From assembly GCA_964401865.1 (NCBI GenBank), contig CAYNZZ010000011.1:1-32000 (forward strand): DNA of 32,000 bases, given 5' to 3'. Shown in pieces: positions 24,985 through 32,000 of the stretch. This DNA is from an uncultured Erysipelotrichaceae bacterium. Its GTDB lineage: Bacteria > Bacillota_I > Bacilli_A > Erysipelotrichales > Erysipelotrichaceae. Position 1 is the stretch's first letter. Each line of letters opens with the position of its first letter. The notes beneath the pieces are model-generated. The model searched no databases and was not told the origin of the DNA. It was given only the letters and a program-made list of their open reading frames with translations. Made by a program: the position numbers and the translations under genes.

Positions 24985-27390
24985 ATGTTTTCAAACATGT
25001 TTTCCAATAAAGAGATATTCAAGGCACAGCTAATAGAACATATCGAACAGCAATACGGAAAGAGTCTTGAACAATCTACGGCGATTGAGAAATATACTGT
25101 GCTTGTAGATATGGTAAGATCATATGCTACAGCAAATTGGAAAGACACTAAAGAAGCGGTTCGCTCCGGACAAAAGAAACAAATGTATTATTTTTCATTA
25201 GAGTTCTTGTTAGGAAGAATGCTTAGCAACAACTTAATGAATTTAGGAATTTATGGCATTGTAAAAGACGGTTTAAATGATTTGGGTATTGATATAAATG
25301 CGATTGAAGATTTGGAAAGCGATGCAGGACTTGGAAATGGCGGTTTAGGAAGACTGGCTGCTTGTTTCTTAGATTCGCTTGCGACTTTAAATTTACCGGG
25401 CAATGGCAATACCATTCGTTATAAATATGGTTTGTTTAAGCAATTGATCGTCAATAATGAACAGGTTGAAGTTCCTGATCAATGGTTAAGAATTGGTAAT
25501 TATTGGGAAGTTAGAAAATTATATAAAGCAGTCAACATTAAATTCTACGGTGAGGTGAAGATCAATCGTGATGAGAAAGGTGATTTGGTTTTCGAACACA
25601 TTAATGCTGAAAATGTTTTAGCTATTCCTTATGATATGCCTATTGTTGGTGCTGAAACCGATACAACTAATACCTTACGTATGTGGTCGGCTGAACCTAG
25701 TCAAGATTTGCCCGCTAATAAAGACTTTAGACAATATTTATCTGATGTAGATGATATTTGTTTGAACGTTTATCCAGATGATTCAACCGAAAAAGGCAAG
25801 TATCTTCGCATCAAGCAAGAATATTTCTTCGTGTCGGCTGGACTTCATGAAATCGTAAGAGATCATCTTAAGGTTTATGGAACTTTAGACAATTTACACG
25901 AAAAGGTAGTTATTCAATTAAATGATACTCATCCGGCTTTAGCTATTCCTGAATTAATGCGCATTTTGATGGATATTTATCATTATGATTGGGATCATGC
26001 GTTCTATATTGTAAGCCATACCTTTGCATATACTAACCACACCGTCATGTCAGAAGCTTTGGAAAAATGGCCGGTTGAATATATTAAAAAACTACTTCCA
26101 AGAATTTATTTAATCATCGAAGCAATTGATAATAAATTTAAAGATTATGTCATTAGTAAAGGTCATGATCGTGATTTCATCAACCGTGTTGCAATAATTC
26201 AAGATGGCAATGTAAGAATGGCTAATTTATCTATTGTTGGTTCATTCTCTGTTAATGGTGTAGCGAAACTGCATACTGATATCTTGAAGAATGATATCTT
26301 TAGAGATTTTAGTGTGTTATACGAAAATAAGATCAATAATAAGACTAATGGTATCACTCAAAGAAGATGGCTACTATATTCAAATCCTGAATTGACTTCT
26401 TTAATCGAAAAATATATTGGTCCAGAATTTAAAAAGGATTTCAATAGGATTGAAGATTTGATGCAATATGTTGATAATCCAGAACTTCAAAAAGAATTTT
26501 TAGAAGTTAAAAAAATCAGGAAAGAAAAACTTAGTGATTTCTTGTATAAAAACTATGGAATAGTTTTGGACTGCGATAGTATATTTGATGTTCAGGCCAA
26601 ACGTTTGCATGCTTATAAGCGTCAGCTATTAAATATTATGCATGTCATATATTTATACTTGCGTCTTAAACGCGATCCGGAATTTAAGATTCCAAAGACT
26701 ACCTTTATCTTTGGTGCAAAGGCGGCATCTAGCTATTACTTTGCTAAGAAGGTTATCAAATTGATCAATTGTGTTGGTGAAACTATTGATAGCGATCCAT
26801 ATGCTTCTCAATTTATTAAAGTAGTATTTATTCCAAATTATCGTGTTACAGTAGCCGAGAAGCTGATGAATGCAACCGATATTTCCGAACAGATTTCTAT
26901 GGCTGGTAAAGAAGCTAGTGGTACTGGCAACATGAAATTTATGATGAATGGTGCTGTTACAATCGGAACCCTTGATGGTGCTAATGTTGAAATAGCTCAA
27001 TTAGTTGGTGATGAAAACATTGAAATATTTGGTTTGCGTTCTGATGAAGTAGTTGAGGTTAAAAAGACGTATAATGCATATCAATGTGTTATGCACGATG
27101 ATCGTTTAAAAGCGGTAATCAACAGTCTATTAGATGGTACATTCTCAAGAGATTTTGAAGATTTTAAGGTTATTGCTGATGAAATAATGCTACATAACGA
27201 TGAATATTTGATTGCTGCTGATTTTGATGCATATGTAAAAGCACACGAACATCTTTATGAAATGTATCAAGATCAAAACGCTTGGGCGAAGAAATGTTTA
27301 ATCAACATTGCGAAAAGTGCTTATTTTTCAAGTGACCGTACAATTAACCAATACGCTAGTGAAATATGGGATATTCAACCAATTAAGTAA
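24985..27390 (+). CDS. glgP: Glycogen/maltodextrin phosphorylase
   Basis: EASGTGNMKFMMNGA (PLP lysine motif), DAGLGNGGLGRLAACFLDS, NDTHPALAIPELMR. RBS AGGAGG. Confidence 0.95.
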   Translation: MFSNMFSNKEIFKAQLIEHIEQQYGKSLEQSTAIEKYTVLVDMVRSYATANWKDTKEAVRSGQKKQMYYFSLEFLLGRMLSNNLMNLGIYGIVKDGLNDLGIDINAIEDLESDAGLGNGGLGRLAACFLDSLATLNLPGNGNTIRYKYGLFKQLIVNNEQVEVPDQWLRIGNYWEVRKLYKAVNIKFYGEVKINRDEKGDLVFEHINAENVLAIPYDMPIVGAETDTTNTLRMWSAEPSQDLPANKDFRQYLSDVDDICLNVYPDDSTEKGKYLRIKQEYFFVSAGLHEIVRDHLKVYGTLDNLHEKVVIQLNDTHPALAIPELMRILMDIYHYDWDHAFYIVSHTFAYTNHTVMSEALEKWPVEYIKKLLPRIYLIIEAIDNKFKDYVISKGHDRDFINRVAIIQDGNVRMANLSIVGSFSVNGVAKLHTDILKNDIFRDFSVLYENKINNKTNGITQRRWLLYSNPELTSLIEKYIGPEFKKDFNRIEDLMQYVDNPELQKEFLEVKKIRKEKLSDFLYKNYGIVLDCDSIFDVQAKRLHAYKRQLLNIMHVIYLYLRLKRDPEFKIPKTTFIFGAKAASSYYFAKKVIKLINCVGETIDSDPYASQFIKVVFIPNYRVTVAEKLMNATDISEQISMAGKEASGTGNMKFMMNGAVTIGTLDGANVEIAQLVGDENIEIFGLRSDEVVEVKKTYNAYQCVMHDDRLKAVINSLLDGTFSRDFEDFKVIADEIMLHNDEYLIAADFDAYVKAHEHLYEMYQDQNAWAKKCLINIAKSAYFSSDRTINQYASEIWDIQPIK

Positions 27391-27392
27391 TT

Positions 27393-29417
27393 ATGAAAGT
27401 TAGTTTTTATTGGGATGACCAATCGAGTATTAAGGCTTATGCAAATGAGCCTTTTTGTTTGTATAGCACTTTAAAGATATTTAATGATTCTATACAGCTA
27501 GACTATAAGCTTGAGATTATTAGTGAATTTTGCATAAAACTGATTTTATATGAAAACTATGATTTTAAAGGCGATTATCATGTTGAGTATTTAAATAAAA
27601 AATATTTAATTGAAGAAAGAATGATAGTTCAAAGTGAATGGTTTGATGAAAATATGGTTCCTGATATTAAGACTTTAGGTTCTTTTTATAGTAAAGAAAA
27701 AACCGTATTTAGAGTATGGGCTCCTTTATCTAAAGAAACAACTCTGGTATTAAATAATCAGGAATTTAAAATGTACCAATGTGATAAAGGTGTGTATGAA
27801 TATGTTGCGATAGGCGATTACGAAAAAAGTCCTTACTACTACTTGTTAGAATATAATAAAGAAATTAAAAAATGTATCGATCCTTTTGCATATAGTTCTG
27901 GTGTCAATGAGAGTTGTTCTTTTGTTTTGGATAAAGACAAGTTTATTAAAGATAGATATAAGCCCCTTAATAAGATGAATTCTTATTGCGATGCCATCAT
28001 CTATGAAACAAGTGTCCGAGATTTCAGTATTGATTCATATTTTAAACATCAAGGTACTTTTAAGGGCATGATTGAAAAACGGAGTCTTGAAGACAAAACT
28101 ATCGGTTTAGATTATCTAATAGAATTGGGTATTACTCATCTTCAACTGATGCCGGTATTTGATTTTGGGAGTGTTGATGAAGTTAAAAAAGATAGCTATA
28201 ACTGGGGTTATGATCCGGTTCAATACAATGTTGTTGAAGGGACTTATGTAAACGAGATAGATAATCCATACGCCAGAGTAAATGAATTGATTGAGCTTAT
28301 CAATGTAATGCATCAGAACAATATTCGAGTCAATTTGGATGTAGTTTTCAATCATGTGTATAAGTTATATAGATTTTCTTTAAATATTCTTTGTCCATAC
28401 TATTTTTTTCGATATGATGATATGAAATTATCTGATGGTTCATTCTGCGGAAATGAGATAAGAAGTGAAAGCCGATTTATGCGTTCTTATATCCTGGAGA
28501 TGATAAAAAGATATATCGATATCTATGATATTGACGGTTTAAGATTTGATCTCATGTCGCTTATTGATACTGAAACAATTAATGAGGCGGTTAAACTGTC
28601 GCTGAGTGAAAAAGAAGAATTCATGATATATGGCGAAGGTTGGCAAATGCCAAGTGTCTTGCCGGCTTATATGCAGTCATCGATCGTGAATGCTGGTGTA
28701 TTAAAAAAAGTAGCTTTCTTCAATCCGACTTTCAGGGACAATGTGAGAGGATCTAATTATTTAGATTCTAGTGAATCATTTGGTTATGCCTTTGGCAATG
28801 TCAACGGTGGAGAAGTGATGAAAAGGCTACTAATTGGTGATAAATATGGCGGTTTTTCTTTTCCGCACCAATCTATTAATTATGTAGAATGCCATGATAA
28901 TTTTACCTTCTTTGATAAGATGAAATATAATTGTCCTGATGATGATGAAAGACTCAATATTAAAAAAGCCAAGCTTGCTATCGGCCTGATTATGCTTAGT
29001 CAAGGCGTTCCCTTCTTACATAGTGGGCAAGAATTTTTGCGAACTAAAAAAGGAGCTGATAATTCATATAATTTACCCGATGAAGTCAATCATTTGGATT
29101 GGAAACGCAAAAATCGTTATCTGGAACTGGTGAATTATACAAAAGAGATGATTGATTTTAGAAAGAAACATGATTTTTTAAGACTGGATGATTATGAAGA
29201 AATAGTGAGCATTTCTAGTTTTGAAAATTATTATGAAGTACTTGTATATAACATTGCTAATTTAAAGATATTGATAAATCCGTGCCCATTTTATCATCTT
29301 TATGATATTGAAGGAGAGTATAGAATGATATATAACGAAAATGGCTATGATGATGTCATCATATCTAGATGTGCCGGGGTACCGGAATTCAGTATTGTTA
29401 TATTGGAAAAGATATAA
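27393..29417 (+). CDS. pulA: Type I pullulanase / debranching enzyme (GH13)
   Basis: FRVWAP (CBM48-like N-terminus), YNWGYDP, LDVVFNH, GLRFDLMS (nucleophile Asp), YGEGW (acid/base Glu), YVECHDN. Confidence 0.9.
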   Translation: MKVSFYWDDQSSIKAYANEPFCLYSTLKIFNDSIQLDYKLEIISEFCIKLILYENYDFKGDYHVEYLNKKYLIEERMIVQSEWFDENMVPDIKTLGSFYSKEKTVFRVWAPLSKETTLVLNNQEFKMYQCDKGVYEYVAIGDYEKSPYYYLLEYNKEIKKCIDPFAYSSGVNESCSFVLDKDKFIKDRYKPLNKMNSYCDAIIYETSVRDFSIDSYFKHQGTFKGMIEKRSLEDKTIGLDYLIELGITHLQLMPVFDFGSVDEVKKDSYNWGYDPVQYNVVEGTYVNEIDNPYARVNELIELINVMHQNNIRVNLDVVFNHVYKLYRFSLNILCPYYFFRYDDMKLSDGSFCGNEIRSESRFMRSYILEMIKRYIDIYDIDGLRFDLMSLIDTETINEAVKLSLSEKEEFMIYGEGWQMPSVLPAYMQSSIVNAGVLKKVAFFNPTFRDNVRGSNYLDSSESFGYAFGNVNGGEVMKRLLIGDKYGGFSFPHQSINYVECHDNFTFFDKMKYNCPDDDERLNIKKAKLAIGLIMLSQGVPFLHSGQEFLRTKKGADNSYNLPDEVNHLDWKRKNRYLELVNYTKEMIDFRKKHDFLRLDDYEEIVSISSFENYYEVLVYNIANLKILINPCPFYHLYDIEGEYRMIYNENGYDDVIISRCAGVPEFSIVILEKI

Positions 29418-29448
29418 AGGGTATATGTTATAATATTCACATTCTTAA

Positions 29449-29477
29449 TTGACTAGAAATCTTGGTAATCTTATAAT
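29449..29477 (+). promoter_or_regulatory. Near-consensus sigma-A promoter of gap
   Basis: TTGACT (29449-29454) - 17 nt - TATAAT (29472-29477), followed by RBS AAAGGAGGA (29491-29499). Confidence 0.65.
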
Positions 29478-29493
29478 GTATTTGAAGTCATAA

Positions 29494-30522
<1,029 letters not shown>

Positions 30523-30580
30523 TGTATTTGTAAGCTATTGATGATATAAAAATACATTTTAGTAAATTTTAATTCAAAAC

Positions 30581-30620
30581 AAAAGGTCTGCTGTCCTGTT
30601 GTGGAAACAGACCTTTTTTT
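30581..30620 (+). terminator. Rho-independent terminator of gap
   Basis: AAAAGGTCTG (30581-30590) / CAGACCTTTT (30608-30617) followed by a T-run to 30620. Confidence 0.75.
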
Positions 30621-30976
30621 CATTGTAGGAACAGCGTTTTAGATTATCGAAATTCTTTATCAGATCAAAATATTATTATTTATGGATATTATGTTTATAA
30701 AGATGAAGTTAGAATTTATGAAGTTGCACGAGTATATTATTATGAAATGGGCAATGATAATCTAGAATATTTTCATACTTATTATGAACCTGAACAATTA
30801 AAAGAATATCTGTCTTCGTTAGATGAAAAAGAATTCTATGACACAAATGTTGACATAACTTCTAGTGATATTTTTTTAACATTGCAGACTTGTGTTCGTG
30901 AAGAGATGATTTACGTTTAATTGTAATTGCAAAAGAAATTGAAGTGATTGATCATATCAATTACTTGAGTCATTGA
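30621..30976 (+). pseudogene. Sortase remnant (class B-like): N-terminally truncated and frameshifted
   Basis: Frame 0 reads ...IIIYGYYVYKDEVRIYEV...EPEQLKEYLSSLDEKEFY...SDIFLTLQTCVREE then TAA (30918-30920). Shifting frame at about 30905 gives DDLRLIVIAKEIEV...TGA (30974-30976). Together these form the sortase TLxTC active-site motif and the conserved Arg-x-hydrophobic strand about 9 residues later. There is no start codon and no upstream His-containing half. Confidence 0.6.
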
Positions 30977-31006
30977 TATATTTGGTAAAAATATTAATAA
31001 AAAGTG

Positions 31007-31035
31007 TTGCTTAAAAAATAGAATTAAACTAAAAT
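31007..31035 (+). promoter_or_regulatory. Candidate sigma-A promoter of rplJL
   Basis: TTGCTT (31007-31012) - 17 nt - TAAAAT (31030-31035). Confidence 0.45.
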
Positions 31036-31040
31036 AATAA

Positions 31041-31147
31041 GGCATCAATATACCCTAGACAGCAACGGCCTAAAGCTTAATAAGGTTGCCGAGGTAAAAG
31101 ATCAATGAGATTTTTAACCTGTGCTGTCTAAGCACAGGTTTTAATTT
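31041..31147 (+). ncRNA. rplJ 5' leader (L10-leader-like autoregulatory attenuator)
   Basis: Terminator hairpin AACCTGTGC (31116-31124) / GCACAGGTT (31132-31140) + TTTTAATTT. An upstream TAGACAGCA (31056-31064) is exactly complementary to TGCTGTCTA (31122-31130) inside that hairpin, giving mutually exclusive pairing. An inner GCAAC/GTTGC helix is also present. It lies directly upstream of rplJ. Confidence 0.55.
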
Positions 31148-31176
31148 GTGTATATTGGGGCTAGAAAGAGGGAAAT

Positions 31177-31734
31177 ATGAATCAAGCCACATTAACTGCA
31201 AAGCAGGAATTAGTATCTGAAATTTCTGGTAAAATCAAAGATGCTAGCTCTGTTGTTGTTGTAGAATATCGCGGTCTTACAGTTGCTGAAGTAAATGAAC
31301 TTCGCCGCAACTTGAGAAGCGAAGAAGTTGAATTCAAAGTATATAAGAATTCAATGGTTGAAAGAGCAGTAGAAGAATGCGGATACAATGACCTTAAAGA
31401 AGCTCTTAAAGGTCCTAACGCTATTGCGATTTCTAAAGATGCAACAGCACCTGCTCGTGTATTAGCAAAATTTGCTAAGAAACATGACAAATTAGTATTA
31501 AAAAGCGGAATCGTAGAAGGCAAGATTGTTGACTTAGACACAATCAAAGAACTTGCAAGCTTACCAAACCGCGAAGGAATGCTATCTATGTTGTTAAGCT
31601 GCTTACAATCACCTATTCGTTCATTTGCTTGCGCTGTTAAAGCAGTTAGCGATGCTAAAGGAAATGGTGAAGAAGCAACAACAGAAAACAATGAAGAAGT
31701 AAAAGAAGAAGCTTCACAAGAAGCACAAGCATAA
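31177..31734 (+). CDS. rplJ: 50S ribosomal protein L10 (with an acidic C-terminal extension)
   Basis: VVVEYRGLTVAEVNELRRNLR, FKVYKNSM, ALKGPNAIA. The tail is GEEATTENNEEVKEEASQEAQA. Confidence 0.95.
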   Translation: MNQATLTAKQELVSEISGKIKDASSVVVVEYRGLTVAEVNELRRNLRSEEVEFKVYKNSMVERAVEECGYNDLKEALKGPNAIAISKDATAPARVLAKFAKKHDKLVLKSGIVEGKIVDLDTIKELASLPNREGMLSMLLSCLQSPIRSFACAVKAVSDAKGNGEEATTENNEEVKEEASQEAQA

Positions 31735-31752
31735 GAAAGGGAGATTATTAAA

Positions 31753-32000
31753 ATGGCAAAACTTACACATGAAGAAATTCTAGCTTACCTAGAAGAAGCA
31801 ACTATTTTAGAATTAAATGACTTAGTAAAAGCAATCGAGGAAAAATTCGGCGTTACTGCTGCTGCACCAGTAGCTGTTGCTGCTGCACCTGCTGAAGAAG
31901 CTGCTGCTGCACCTACAACTGTATCTGTTGTATTAACAAGTGCTGGAGCTTCTAAAGTTGCAGTTATCAAAGTTGTTAGAGAATTAACTGGTTTAGGCTT
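31753..32000 (+). CDS. rplL: 50S ribosomal protein L7/L12 (3' end outside the window)
   Basis: RBS AAGGGAG then ATG 31753. [34 protein letters not shown], an Ala/Pro hinge, and [15 protein letters not shown]. It is absent from the ORF track because it runs off the window. Confidence 0.93.
   Translation, partial: MAKLTHEEILAYLEEATILELNDLVKAIEEKFGVTAAAPVAVAAAPAEEAAAAPTTVSVVLTSAGASKVAVIKVVRELTGLG

Noticed and set aside
31182-31691. 169-aa minus-strand ORF opposite rplJ, and a 61-aa Ala-rich ORF (31785-31970) opposite rplL.
   Set aside because: Both are antisense shadows of ribosomal protein genes. The Ala-rich run is simply the complement of the L7/L12 Ala hinge.

Overview
This is an AT-rich, gene-dense chromosomal segment from a Gram-positive bacterium (Bacillota). 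An Erysipelotrichia-like origin is only a guess. It uses the standard code: TGA ends ORFs where homologues end, and Trp is TGG. I read about 28 intact CDS, 2 probable gene remnants, several rho-independent terminators and a few sigma-A-like promoters. I saw no rRNA, tRNA, CRISPR array, IS element, integrase or prophage. All calls come from reading motifs by eye in the supplied translations and DNA; no searches were run.

Left third (245-9186), the most unusual part:
- A MarR-type wHTH is fused in one ORF to an NrdG2-like radical-SAM activase.
- Next comes a glycyl-radical-enzyme (GRE) sugar cassette: ROK kinase, fructose-6-P aldolase and a PflD/YbiW-like GRE on the minus strand, with the PflC-like activase and a DeoR regulator divergent on the plus strand. 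A 15-nt palindromic box occurs twice in the divergent intergenic region.
- Last is an NrdD-like protein that keeps its ATP-cone and core blocks but ends before the zinc ribbon and glycyl-radical domain.

Middle: upp, gpmI, then a tightly packed co-directional string. It runs rapZ-yvcK-whiA, a small membrane protein, an Eis-like GNAT, an FRG-domain protein, and a 4-gene sugar-type ABC importer. The importer's binding protein has both a lipobox and a C-terminal LPTTS + TM + basic tail.

Right: two lipoproteins around a decayed papain-fold peptidase gene, then zupT, ispG (minus strand), glgP-pulA, a monocistronic gap with a near-consensus promoter, a frameshifted sortase remnant, and an L10-leader-like attenuator before rplJ and rplL (rplL runs off the window).
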